The notes under the pieces were generated by a model. That model worked only from the letters and a program-made list of their open reading frames with translations. It searched no databases and was not told where the DNA came from. Positions 36,626-50,285 of a DNA stretch of 64,000 nt are shown in pieces. The stretch's first letter is position 1, and every line of letters starts with the position of its first letter. The DNA lies in the NCBI RefSeq assembly GCF_006345805.1, contig NC_042999.1, forward strand, positions 89,156,001 through 89,220,000, in the 5' to 3' direction. Source of the DNA: Octopus sinensis (taxonomy: Eukaryota). Position numbers and translations under genes: made by a program.

Positions 36626-39199
36626 AAGGGAAAAAACCTCGTGAATGTGTGTGTATGTGTGTGTGTGCTTGTGTGTGACACATATACACGCACGCACGCA
36701 CATATGATAATATTAGTAATCACTCTATTCTTTTAATACGGTATTTAATTGAGTATTCAATTGGGAGGGATACGAGTCGACTTGGAAGCTTCAATATGGT
36801 CGTCTGACATGCGAGAATTAGGAGCCAAATATCCCATAAAATAGAGTCAACCATATAGAAATGACGCAGATATTGTATGATATTGCTCAAGATGGTTCCA
36901 TTGTACCTAAAGATAAGATAGGATGGCTATGACTGGAAAGCCTTCTACCATAGGTCTTCTTAATCAGGCCAAACCTGAACTTAAACAACAACAACGCAGG
37001 AGATATTTTGACAGAAAGATTTTATCCCAGATGGTTGAAATCTACTGTACAATGAACCGGCGATCTGGCAGAGACGTTAGAGGTCAAGACAGAAGGTTAT
37101 GTAGTATCTGTTCTGACTGTCTGCACCCTGATTTCAAATCTCACAGAGTTCAATTTTTACATTTCACCTTCTCGGGGTCGACGAAAATGTACCAATATAG
37201 GGTGATGGATTAGCGGAACAGTTAGAGGATAGGGTGACACGTCTTACAGTACTTGTTCCGACTCTTTGCGTTCTGACAACAACACCACCAGTGACACCAG
37301 TGCTTCGCTCTATTGGCCTAAGTCGGCAGCGTTTCCATTACATTAACATCGGCGGAATGGGGAAGGGAGACTTTCATACGAGAGCAGTTGCTAGTCTTCC
37401 TCAGAACCTCTTGCCTAGGTCTTCACATACATGTATAGATGTATAGTCAATATTGAACGATATAGGCTCTACAACACAATTTGAGAATATGGGTTTAGAC
37501 ATAAGAGAAGAAAACCAGTCCGGATCTTATTCTGTGTATTCGTTAGATGTTAACAAATTTTTTTAAATTGGCACAATGAATTTGACTTATTCATTTACTC
37601 GGAAAACTAATGACATGGAATTTAGAGATAAAAGGCTGTCACTTGAACGTCAGTGTTATGTATATGGAAAGACTGGTCGTTAGAAGTACTTAGAGAACGT
37701 TTTGTATTAGAAAAATTTTAAATGAATGAAATTTGAAAACTGATCAACTATGTTTCCGTAGGAGATAAATTATGGAAATGGGGAGACTTTGTTTATTTTA
37801 ATGAATAAGGAACTACAGAAAGGATTTCCTTCAAAGAACTATATCAAAGCTGTTATTTTAAGGTAAAAGGAGTGGTACATGCGGTGTATGCCCTTTTCTT
37901 TTTTAAGTGAGGAGGGAATCTCTCATTTAGACCACCTTGTAGAAAATATAAGAATGATGGGATCAGTCAGTGCAGTTAATACCGTAATACTGAGGGAGGT
38001 TCTGTAGAAGAGGTAAATTTCCAGCAAGTTCGTTCTAGAATTCGGTTTCGATACCATCTAATATATATTTCATTTCCATTACTAATACTTTGTTGAGAAT
38101 TCCGATTTTCGCCTAAGTTTCTTTGCTATCGGTATAGATATAAGGGTTTGTGTGTATGTGAGAATTATGTTAGAATAACTAGATTCAGTTTTCTAGTTAA
38201 CCATTTTAAGAACATTCAGACTAATACATGCGAATTTCTGTATGTGTGTCCTCATGGCTTCTTTGTTTACAGTCACAACCTCTCAAGGGGTTTACATCAA
38301 GACATAACACATATTTAGAAACCGAATAACTCCAAGAGTGTTTCTATGTTACTTTGGCCTTCAGGTCTGCGACGCAAATACGAACCGCCACGCAATACCT
38401 TCAGTTCTCATGATCAGCAATATGCGAACAAAGAATTATAACAATGGAAGTAGACGTAGTGGAAACAAACAAATTGGATGTGAAACAGTGAGAATGATTA
38501 TATTTTTTTGAACTCCTTTGCCTTTCAAAACTGCGTCGGCAGTCAAACACATTTTGTGTTAGTTTGATAAGATGCCTCTGAAGTGTAATTTTGTTATTCA
38601 TAAAATCTTTTCTCTCCAGACGAAATCTATGGAATATGAAGTGATACTCAGTTTCCTCATATAGATTTTATTCTTCAAAGAGAAAAAGTTCTTCTCTATC
38701 ATGAACGAAGTTTTTCTTTCAAGCGGTTTTTAAAAGTCAAATTAGAATTCACGAACGGTAATAAATAAATTTATTTTCATTAAAACAATGTTAAAAGAGT
38801 TGTACATATCGATATCAAGAAAGAAGGGTGGCAAAACAAAATATGGTGGGAGGAGAAATTAAATATAAAACCAGAATAACCAAAGATTGTGAATTGCAGC
38901 AAAAATTTATAGAAAAGATCTGGAAAAGTTTTGACTCGACATAATCGGAAAAAGCTTTGGACTGGACAAATCTTACAAAACCAGCAATACTAAGGCTCCA
39001 GAAGATCGGGTGAAATTTTGATTTGCAAATATTCGCATGATAAATTATATTTATGCAAATAAAGATTTATTGATGATATCTCATGGCTTTTATTTTTAAG
39101 TGCTTTAATTTTTATGATCTTACTTCAGGTCGAAGGTCAAACAGCCCTACATACAAGCTAAAGTGAAATTCCGTCCAGCGGACGGCATATCGATAGTGA

Positions 39200-39690
39200 C
39201 GGAAATATTTATTATTATTGCAATATTTGTTCCGTCTTTTTGCATTCTGAGTTAAAATTCCGACGTGGTCAACTTTGCCTTTCATCTTTTCTGGATCAAA
39301 AAAGATAAAACCCCACCTTCTCAAAATCGTTGGCCCTTTGCTTAAACTAGATACCGTTATTATAGTGGTATTTATTCTGGTTCTTTACGTTCTGAGTTGA
39401 AATCCTGTCGGAGTGTACTTTAGCTTTCATAATTTTAGCATCAGTTAAGTACTGGTGTTGATGTAATCAGTTAACGTCATCCTCCTAGTTGCCTACTTTA
39501 GTGACAATTATTAAGAGTATGAATTGAGAAAATTTTAAGAACATCGGGAAAATGGCTTCCAGAATTTCTTCCGGCTCTTTACGTTCTCGGTTCAAAAACC
39601 TACCAAGATCATCCATGCCTTTCATCGTCCCAAGGTCGATATATGAAGTACCAATCAAGCACAAAGGCTCATTTAATCACTTAAAGCCCC
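39200..39690 (+). mobile_element. Three decayed SINE A fragments
   Basis: ttctgagttaaaattccgacgtggtcaactttgcctttcatc; ttacgttctgagttgaaatcc; ttacgttctcggttcaaaaac. Confidence 0.6.
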
Positions 39691-39889
39691 CACCCCACCC
39701 CATAATTTCAAACCTTGCCCCTGAAATTATCATCACTCTTAATCTTATTAACAATACAATGGACTGACAGAAATCTAGTTCGTCTTCATTTACAGGATAT
39801 TTACAATTTAGAAAAATAAAACACAATACCCCGCCCCAAAATAAAATAATTTTAAAAATCAATAATATCAGTTAGATTTTGGCTGGGAA

Positions 39890-40630
39890 ATAACAGTTTA
39901 CTCAAAGTAGTAGCCCTCAGGTCTCAAGACGGCTCCAAAACCTGATACATGCGTTTCTGATTGTGTCCCCGGGAAGATCTTCGAACACTTTTTTTGATCT
40001 TGGCCACCAGCTCGACCTTGGCCACCAGCTCGTCACAGGCAGAGCGGATGGTTTCTTTTTCAATAGCGCTCCACATATAGTAATCCATAGGATTACAATC
40101 GTGGAAATTAGAGAGTCAGAAAATGGGGCTAATGAAGTCATAGAAATTCTCCGTCAACCCTAGGAACCGAATCCAGCTGGTACCCATATGGCTTTCCAGC
40201 AGCAACCCTCTCCGGCCAGGGATTGACCACAATCTCCATCAGCTTCATATAGCCGTATGAGTTGAGCCTAATGCCCTGTTCAAAGATGAAGGGATGAATT
40301 CCGGCGTGGTGACGCAGCCAGAACACATGCTGAGTCCTTTCGTGTTTGCCACGGCTTTGTAGTTTCCGTTGCAGCAGTCCATTTCACGTATTACAGCCTT
40401 TACAGAGTTCCTCGAGCATTGAGCAGCAGTCATGATGTCGGCATTTTGATCATTATGATACAGGTAACTCCTTTCCGATATCGAGATGGCTTCCAGTCCT
40501 CCATGTCAGCTAATTGTTTCTCAACTACAACTTTATGCTCTCAAACGCCGTTGACAGTTTACCAATATATTAAGCTGTTCCTGAAAAAGGAGACATAAAA
40601 AAATCGTCAAACTTAGCCCCAATACGCTGT
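39890..40630 (-). mobile_element. Internally deleted Tc1/mariner-superfamily relic, maT (DD37D)-like
   Basis: N-terminal MTAAQCSRNSVKAV, then PFIFEQGIRLN..Y...QLDSVP, ENFYDF..SNFHDCNPMDYYMWSA, ACIRFWSRLE; catalytic spacing not countable because of deletions. Confidence 0.6.
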
Positions 40631-41567
40631 ATCTTCCCAATGTGTCCTGGTCTCAATGAAATGAATTTTAGCTTTCATCTGTCTTAGGTCGATAAAATAT
40701 ACATCACCGCATTAAAAATGTCAGTTCGTAAAATCATCCATTATTATTAGCATTAATAATAGCTGAAAATTGAGTTTTTCGATTTGTTTCTACACATCTA
40801 GCCATAATTTTAATTGACGCCATTTAAGTTTTCTTTTTCGTAACTTTTCGGGGCTCTTATAAGTAATTTAGAGTTTTTAGGCGACTTATAGTTAACATTA
40901 TAATCATAGAATTTACTTCAAACAACTTGAAAGTTTTTCCAGTTAGTAATTGCAGATATATATTTTTTTTTTCACTTCCTCCGAGAATATGAAGATGTCG
41001 ACCTTATTCAACTAACTGATTTCATGTCAAACTTCAAAGACCTTCATACAAATTGTTTACTAAGTGTGTCTGTAAATGTACGGCATTACGAGACTCGAAT
41101 AAGGTAAATTTGAGACAACTACACAAGTTAGTGAATTGGACATTAAAGTATAACAGGCAAATCTAAAATTAAAGATTATAAAGTAGAAAACTTATGTAAT
41201 GATTAATAGTAAATAAACTAAGAGACAGTGATATTATCGAGGAGAGATTTGAGAGACGGAGACAGAAACAAAGAATTGGAGATTGGGGTGCAGCAATCAT
41301 CATATTTATTAGATACATTATTTGTTTGAAGTAGAGGTTCTGCTTTGGTTAATTCTAATCGGAGATGGCGTTGTTCTATTATCAACGGCTCCAACCTCCT
41401 CGCTGGAAACCATGCGAGAAATTGAAATTGTTACTAAGTTCTGTTATTTTTATTCGGAAGCCATAAGTCAAGACTAAAAGGAAATTCAGCGACGGTTTTT
41501 CTGTCTGCTCAAAGCGCCGATAAAGGTGAGAGAAAGAGGTGGGTACTGAAAGAATTAGATGTGTGTT

Positions 41568-41635
<68 letters not shown>

Positions 41636-42159
41636 TGAGAGGGGAGAGAGAGTGAGAGAGAGAGTGAGAAAGAGAGAGAAAGAGTGAGAGAGAGGAGGAA
41701 GAGGTTGGGGTGGGTAACATAGACAGAAATAGAAGTAAAAAGTAGAAAGAGAGAGGGGGAACAGAGAATGCTGGAAAGAGTGTATGCCAATGAAAGAGTA
41801 GAGAAAGATGGAGGCGAATAGAAACAGGGAGAGAGTGATAAAGAGTGTAGCAGAGAAAAAGCAAGAGATAAAGAAAAAAGTAGAAATGATAGTGAGAAAT
41901 AAAAGACTGAAGGAAAATAGAGTACGAGGAATATGTGAAAAGAAGAAAAATAGAGAAAATATGAAACCAGTGTAAATGGTTAAAGATGCTTACAAATTAT
42001 ATTTTATTGAATAGTCGCCCTTCTAGTTTGCCGAGCTGGTTTCCGAACGTATTTTACAAAAATGTAATTAAAAACTAAAAATTAGAAAAAAAAAACATTC
42101 TTAAATGTTTAGGACTTTTGTCTATTGAAAACTTTTCTCTTTCTTACACTTATTACTGG

Positions 42160-43200
42160 CAGGATCATTAACGCGTCGGTCAAATGTTTTATAGCATTTC
42201 TTCCGGCTCTTTTACGTTCGTAGTTCAAATTCCGCCAAAGTCAGTTTTACCATTCAAATTTTCTGGATAAAATAAGTACCAGTTGAGCACTGGAGACGAT
42301 ATAATCAACTTGCCCCTTCCCACTAAAATTTCTGGCCTGCTGCCAAATTTAAAAAGAACTATTATTATTATTAAGGTGCTTAGCGGCATTTCTTTCAGTT
42401 CTTGACTTTCCGAGTTCAAATTCCGCCGAGGTCGAATTTGCCTTCCATCCAATCGGTGTCGATAAAATAAGTATCTATTAAGAGCTGAGGTCGATTTAAT
42501 CGGCTAGAATTCATCACACTAAAATTCAAGCCTTGTACCTGAAGTTGAAAGAATGATTATTAAGAAAGCGTTGACCTGCCAGAAACGTTAGCACGCCGGG
42601 CGAAATGCTTAGCAGTTTTTCATCTGTCTTTAAGTTCTGAGTTCAAATTCCGCCGAGGTCAACTTTGCCTTTCATCCTTTCGGGGTCGATAAATTAAGTA
42701 CCAGTTACGCACTGGGTCGATATAATCGACTTAGTCCCCTTGTTTGTCCCCTCTATGTTTAGCCCCTTGTGGGCAATAAAGAAATAAGAATCGTTAGCAC
42801 TCTAGACAAAATACTTATAGGTACCTCATCCTTTTTTATGTTCTGAACTCAAATTCTGCCGAGGTCAATTTTAGGGTCGATAAATAAGTACCAGTCAAGC
42901 ACTGTGGTCACTATAATCGGTTATCCCCCTCCCCGCCAAATTGCAGGCTTTTTGCCTATCCTTGAAAAGGTTACTAAGAAGGCAGTGAGCTGGAAGAATG
43001 CGTCGTACAAAATGTTCTGTGGCACTTTATGTTCTGAGTCTAAAACCCATCGACGCCGGTATTGCTTGTTGTTTTTTCGGAGTCGATAAAATAAAATAGC
43101 ACTCATGTACTGGGATCAATGTAATCGACTTCCAGCTCCTTCAAAAAAAAAAAAAAAAAAAAAAAAAACAGCTGACCCTGTGCCAAGATTTGAAACCATT
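42160..43200 (+). mobile_element. Cluster of 4-5 same-orientation SINE A copies, including a head-body-M insertion at 42581-42786
   Basis: Repeated gagttcaaattccgccgaggtc / aaataagtacc bodies with ccttgtgcc-type tails. Confidence 0.85.
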
Positions 43201-43240
43201 ATTATTATTATTATTATTATTATTATCATTATTATTATTA

Positions 43241-43527
43241 TGTCTCTTTATCATAGATTTTGTTGGAGCTCCTGGAGTCTTACATGCGTAGCGGGCTTGC
43301 AACCTGCAGCTTTCGGTACCATGCTATCCATTCTTTTCGCTATCTAATACTTTTCTGATTATTCTGGCCGTGCGATGGAGGCAAACCTCTTATAACAGTT
43401 CTACTGAGCACTCTATTCCAATTTCCTTTATATTCCCCTTGATGCCTTCTGATACTGTAACCAAAGACAGAACAATAATTGACACTATCTTCGCCTTCTT
43501 CATTTTCCATAGTCGGGCTATTTCGTA

Positions 43528-43530
<3 letters not shown>
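43241..43530 (-). mobile_element. R4/Dong 3' end, copy a
   Basis: YEIARLWKMKKAKIVSIIVLSLVTVS...VCLHRTARIIRKVLD; (TAA)n on both sides. Confidence 0.75.
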
Positions 43531-43583
<53 letters not shown>

Positions 43584-43593
43584 CATTATTATT

Positions 43594-43916
43594 CAGTAGT
43601 TTTATTTTTATAGCGTGCTTTCACTTCACTACCGAGCGCAGCTCTGTGTGCCTTGGGTATGTGCTGTGATTTGTTGTGATGCTCTGATGGTTATTGTATG
43701 GAAAGTGCTCTGCGTAGGATGTGTGCAGTGCCTAGTAGTGCAATTTTCTGTATGTTATATGTGTTTGTAAGTCCTGGTGTTTTTGTTATGTATTTGTCTG
43801 AATATTTTTTTATCATGCCTAATGCACCTACTATGATAGGAATTGTTTCTGTTTTCAGATTCCACATTCTTGTTACCTCTATTTCCAGGTCTTTGTATTT
43901 TGAGAGTTTCTTCATT
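43594..43916 (-). mobile_element. R4/Dong 3' end, copy b
   Basis: ORF 43691-43915 KKLSKYKDLEIEVTRMWNLKTETIPIIVGALGMIKK...IQKIALLGTAHILRRALSIQ*. Confidence 0.9.
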
Positions 43917-43954
43917 TCTTCTTCTTCTTCTTCTTCTTATTATTATTATTATTA

Positions 43955-43991
<37 letters not shown>

Positions 43992-44010
43992 CATTATTAT
44001 TATTATCATT

Positions 44011-45765
44011 GCCTTTGCACAGCTTCTAACGCTGGATATGTACTACAGTGTCAGCTGTTCACTACCAGTGAACTAAGGTAACACCTCTTATTTTTCTAGC
44101 ACCTACCGGAGTATTCGAGCGGTTCCAATCAGTGCTGTTTTCAGCAAGTGCTCCAACCTTATTGCAGCCCCTATTTGTTCCATGTACTTCTCGAGATTTT
44201 TACTCACTGTTGCCAGGACTCCGATAATTATTGGTACTACTGCTACCTTTTTCATCGACCACAACTGTTTAATTTCCCAAGCTAACCTGTCATATCTCTC
44301 AACTTTTCTTTCTTCCTTATCGCATTACTTGTTGTCAGCTGGGCACGCTATATCTATGATCTAGCATAGTTTGTTAATTTTTCTAAATTAAGACTATCTC
44401 CGATTTCCTATTCTCTATCTTATGGTCGCACTGAATCATAAAATCCCATAGGATATTTGATTTCTGTTTTCGACGATGCTTTCGGGTTTGTGGTCGTACC
44501 AATTTTTTGCTCTTTCAAGTCCATACTTGTTACAAAGTGTCCAATGGACAAACTTGGTTATATTGTCGTGGCGTCTTTTATATTCCTTCTGGGCTAGTGA
44601 CGTACCTTGGCTGGTAATATGCCATACGGTTTCACCGTTTTGTCCACATATTCTGCACTTATCACTTTCTGCTGTGTTGTCTATTCTTTTTTTTTGTGTG
44701 TAGTTTGTTCTTAGTGCTTGCTCTTGGGCAGCACAGATTAGAGCATCCGTTTCCGGTTTTAAATAACTTTTAGTCACCCACATCTGGTCCCATGGCCTTC
44801 CAGTTGCTCATTTTTTTTTTTTTTTTGGCTGATTTCCTTCACTTCCCTAACTGAAATGACTGATTCTGCCTGTCTTGGATAGACTTCTGTTTGTTTCGGT
44901 TCTTGCAACCATTCAGCATCCTTCTTGTGCTCCTTGTCTTTGCTCCAGATGTCACTCCAAAACCTTTGACTTTCAATGTTATCTGGTAACAACTTTTCAT
45001 ATGTACACTATCCATTTATTTCTTTATAGAATCTCGTCTGATCTATTCTGAATAACCTATTTAGGTGTAACCATTCATTCTTTGGTCGTATCTTTGCTTT
45101 CTTTGCAATGAAGCGCTGTTTCAATTCCTACACTAACACTTTGAGGCCTTTTCTTTCAATATTATACTTCCTTTTCAGCGCCCTGTATTTTGGTTTGCTT
45201 TTAAGTTCCCCTTTCTCTTTTCGATCTAACACAGATATTTCCTTCGAGAGCATGTCTAACCCTGCTTGGATTCTTCTTTTCCACCATGGATCTTTTCTTT
45301 TTTCACTCCCAATATGTTTCTTTTTCTTGACATTAACACCAATATTTTCTGCTACAACAATACTTGATGCTTTGATCAAATTATTTCTTTCAGCAATGTT
45401 TTTTGTTCTGATGTATTTCATAATTACATTGACATTTTTCGTTTCTTGGTTCAATTTCCACCGGCCAACAGTTTTAAGGTTGCAAATAATGTCGCTACCG
45501 TTCTCCTGCAGTCTTGCCTTTATTCTGTAGTAGATTGCCTTTTGTTCATCTGTCATGTCGCCATTAGTTTTATTGTCTTCTTCCAGATCATCCGTATCTC
45601 TCTCATTTGTATGTCTCTCATCAAGTAAACTACTACTGCTCCATTCCTGTGCTATGAGATTACTTTTATCAGGTTGCGCAATTACCAGTGTTTTTATTGT
45701 GACACCATCACTAGATGTATCATTAATCAGCCCATGCGGAGGAGGAGGCTCCACCCGTTTGTTGC

Positions 45766-45766
<1 letters not shown>
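44011..45766 (-). mobile_element. R4/Dong copy c, lacking the RT core
   Basis: DPWWKRRIQ..., [10 protein letters not shown] joined directly to TKSYLKPETDALICAAQEQALRTN, CRICGQNGETVWHITS..RRHDN, IDIACP, YDRLAWEIKQLW, TARILR. Confidence 0.9.
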
Positions 45767-45812
<46 letters not shown>

Positions 45813-45885
45813 TATTATTATTATTATTATTATTATCGTTATCGTTATCGTCATCATCATCATCATCATCATCATTATCATCACT

Positions 45886-47730
45886 GACTCTCGACAAATT
45901 ATTCAACGTGAAGCACGAAAACTGCATTATCAGAGTTTAGGTGCGTGTTCTTAGACACGATTGGCCCGTGTGGCGAAGTCGCAACTTGGTATTAAAGCCA
46001 CGGTTTGTTCTCTGATGGACCATAATAGGTATATGTTACTTGACTCCAAGAGAATGTGTGTGGCTTTTAAGCAGCGTCTCGATGGACTGTTCAGGATGAA
46101 TGGCGGGTCGAAATGCACGATGGATTTCAGTGTTCACCTCGGCAAGAGAGGTGAAGTGTTACGAAAGGCACGTAAGTGCCTCGGAAATACGGGAGGAAAT
46201 GGTTGGCTGCATAGCGAGCAAATATGCTTGGTCTTTCCTGCGAATCGAGAAGTGATAGCGCTACTGAGAGAGGACAAACAAGGTAATTACATTGATAATT
46301 TTTGACCCATACCTCTGCTAAACAGAATTTTTGTCAAGGTGTTAACAAGACGACTGGCGCTGGAGAAGCAAGTCCGTGCTGTCCAACAACGCTCGACGGA
46401 TGGACCGGTTAAGTAGGTAGGGGTCTGGTTTGTTCCAGATCTTCAGGTGAAAAAGAACAAGGACAAGGTAACTGTAAGTGGGACCACTATCACCCACAAA
46501 TAAGCCGAGAGGAAGCCCCATGAAAAATCGAGCAAAGAGGGCGAACGCTTACATCACCTCCGTCACATATTACCTCCCAACCGTCATGCTTTGCACCAGT
46601 TCACGTCTCTTCGCATTGAATCGCCTGCTCTTTTGCTTTCTGTGGAAGAGACACGTTTCAATGCCTAATCGCTCCGTTTGTTGTCAAGACTCGCTGAGTG
46701 GAGTAGTGGGCATGCCGTGGCTGATGGTCCTCAGACATCCTCTAGGACTACAACATTTCTCGCGTTTCCTTGAAGATTTAGCAGGCATGGCTGCAGTTTG
46801 TGAGAATCACTTTTCCACAGCTCACCTCTTTCACAGAGCTGCAGTCCTGGATCAAGCGTAGACCAGGGCAGGGCATCTGTCATCTAAAGTACTTAAAACC
46901 AAGTAATACTACAAGACGAGTAATGCGGTCGGTGCAAGTTCCACTTCGGTGTCCCATTGAGAAATCTTCGAGGGTATCATTTACGACGTTCCCGAAGAGA
47001 TCCTAAGAGTCGACAAGAACCAACTGGTAGGTCTGACCGGAGAACTTTCTGCGCTAACCCAACAGATAATCTCCAGAAATTTCTAGTTCGACAGGGCTAC
47101 TGGGATATTGCCAGTTCCAGATACCCGCAAACCGACAAAACTATTCTGAATGTACTCATCCCAAACCCCGGGAACGTTACTGAATTGCATAGTTATGTCG
47201 AACACTTGCTGTCGTGAAGATTGTCCTGCGGTCTGCCTTTAGCTGACAAGGACAGAGAGTTTTTATCTCTCTGGAGGTCTTAAGGAAATTGGTTGCATAA
47301 TGGCTCAGACACAAAGAGCTGAAGAGAGACACATTCCTCTTTGGCCAAGCCCGCGTCAACTTTTTCAAAATCAAATGAAAAAAAATGTGAGTGTAGAGAG
47401 GGAAGCACTGCCTTCCACAAAATTTGTTAAAAAGAAGATGATAATGGCCAGAAGAGTCCGAATGAACGAACCTTTTTTGAGCATATACCTATAGATTGAG
47501 GAAAGGGGTGAAAGGGCACTTGCTTTAGGGTGTCTATAATTTTGTTGGGGTTTGCACGAGAAACCCTCAGAAACTTCCCTATTTATGAAGGAATTATTCA
47601 TTGTTTGCATTTTTGTTTCTATGCTGCTGTTAGTCTATTGTTTACCCGCTTTTATATAGCCCCACATTGTATTGTACAGTATTGTCCTGTATCATCATCG
47701 ATCTTTTTGTAAACCCTTAGTGGTTAATAA
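45886..47730 (+). mobile_element. Decayed, multiply deleted Tx1-clade LINE with 3' UTR
   Basis: DNF*PIPLLN, VK*VGVWFVPDLQ, VVGMPWLMV, YVEHLLS, ARRVRMNEPFLSIYL*; ends ccttagtggttaataaagaaaat then (ATT/CAT)n. Confidence 0.8.
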
Positions 47731-48250
47731 AGAAAATATCATTATTATTATTGTTATTACTATCATCATTATTTTTGTTGTTGTTGTTGCTGGTGTTGTA
47801 GTTGTTGTTGTTGTTAATTTGATTTTATAGGCTGCTTTTTTTTTTATCTATTTTTCATTCGTCTCTTCTCCGAAGCGACCGTCTTTTTTGTATTGTTTAT
47901 TTTTTTTTTAACGTATTATCTGACGTCCCATTGGTGCCATCACGTTTCTAAGTTGGCAACTCTTATTTCTCGAGGCAGACTCCAACCAAAGAATTGGTCA
48001 TGTTAGGCGGCAGCCGTTGAAATAATTTACCTAACTTCCGTTATTGTTCAATATTTTTTGATTACATTCCGAGTTATTTCCAGAGAATGGAACATTTGCT
48101 GCTGGCCACTCAGGGCCAGTAAGTCTAACTGGCTTCCCCTTTCCAATGAAAGTAAAAAGAAAGAAAGAAAGAAAGAAAAAGAAAGAAAGAAAGAAAGAAA
48201 GAAAGAGAGAAAGAAGAAAAGAAAGCAAAGGAAGAAGCTAACAATTCTTT

Positions 48251-48742
48251 TTCTTTCTCTCTTCTTCCTTTACATTATCTGTTTTGTCTTCATTTTTACT
48301 CTCACTCTACAATATTCATTGCACTATTTATTAATCTAATAATGCCCCACACACACACTCACACACACACTCACACACACACACACACACACACTCACAC
48401 ACACACCACACACACACACACACACACACTCACACACACACACACAACACAAATGTGTATGTATGCTTGTATGTATCTATCACTTTCCATCTTACTCTTT
48501 CAATGTATGTATGTATGTATGTATGTATGTATGCATCTATGTATGTATGTATATACATACATGTATGTATACATATATATATACATATATCTATACATAT
48601 ATATATATACATATATCTATACATATATATATATATATACATATATACATATATATATATACATATATATATATATAATATATATATATATACATATATC
48701 TATACACACATATATATACATATATATATGCATATATATACG

Positions 48743-48778
<36 letters not shown>

Positions 48779-49163
48779 CACACATACACATATCTGTGCG
48801 CGTACGCTTGCTTGTATGTATATATCTTTATTTTTCCAATTTTCTCTTTATATTTCACCGCGACTACACACTCCTTCATCACCTACTTTCTCTCTCATAC
48901 TTACATAAGACCTGTCGCCTAATCAAGATATATCGCCGTCTCTTGCTCTTCTTATTAATTATCTGTTTATTCATCCATTTATCTATCTGTAGCTCTGTTT
49001 TATTTTCCTCATCTATTTCATTTCTCTCTCATCTTTCTCATTTCTTTCTCTCTCTTCTTCCTTTACATTATCTGTTTTGTCTTCATTTTTACTCTCACTC
49101 TACAATATTCATTGCACTATTTATTAATCTAATAATGCCCCACACACACACTCACACACACAC

Positions 49164-49227
<64 letters not shown>

Positions 49228-49419
49228 ACACACACAACACAAATGTGTATGTATGCTTGTATGTATCTATCACTTTCCATCTTACTCTTTCAATGTATGT
49301 ATGTATGTATGTATGTATGTATGTATGCATCTATGTATGTATGTATATACATACATGTATGTATACATATATATATACATATATATCTATACATATATAT
49401 ATATACATATATCTATACA

Positions 49420-49499
<80 letters not shown>

Positions 49500-49823
49500 T
49501 CTATACACACATATATATACATATATATATGCATATATATACGTATATATATATATACATATATATATATACACACATACACATATCTGTGCGCGTACGC
49601 TTGCTTGTATGTATATATCTTTATTTTTCCAATTTTCTCTTTATATTTCACCGCGACTACACACTCCTTCATCACCTACTTTCTCTCTCATACTTACATA
49701 AGACCTGTCGCCTAATCAAGATATATCGCCGTCTCTTGCTCTTCTTATTAATTATCTGTTTATTCATCCATTTATCTATCTGTAGCTCTGTTTTATTTTC
49801 CTCATCTATTTCATTTCTCTCTC
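48251..49823. repeat. Tandem duplication of a ~790-bp microsatellite-rich unit
   Basis: 48251-49041 and 49042-49823 share the same unique segments; tract lengths differ. Confidence 0.9.
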
Positions 49824-50015
49824 TCTCCTTCTCCCTCTCTCCTTCTCTTTGCCTCCCTCCCCCTCACTTTCTCTTTCGCTGCATTTGCTTATCTTTCTAC
49901 CTACATATTTTCTTCATTTTTCTATCACTCTCTTACGCCATCGCCTATAAATGACAATAACAGGCGATGTTTCCTTCCCTATCTCTCACACTGTCCTCTC
50001 TCCTCCTTATCTATC

Positions 50016-50097
<82 letters not shown>

Positions 50098-50204
50098 CCT
50101 ACCTATCCACCATTCATTTTTCTTTCTTGAAAGTTTTCTGTTTTGTGAAACCATTACCTCTTTCTTTCTCTTTCTCTCTCTCCCTATCTGCTTCACCCTC
50201 CCTT

Positions 50205-50279
<75 letters not shown>

Positions 50280-50285
50280 CATATA

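Noticed and set aside
37310-37410. Minus-strand CTGAGGA...GAAACGCTGCCG
   Set aside because: U16.1 is missing and helices I and II do not form at the right positions
48342-49954. Long ORFs (188-301 aa) as genes
   Set aside because: HT/YI/CV dipeptide runs from microsatellites inside a tandem duplication
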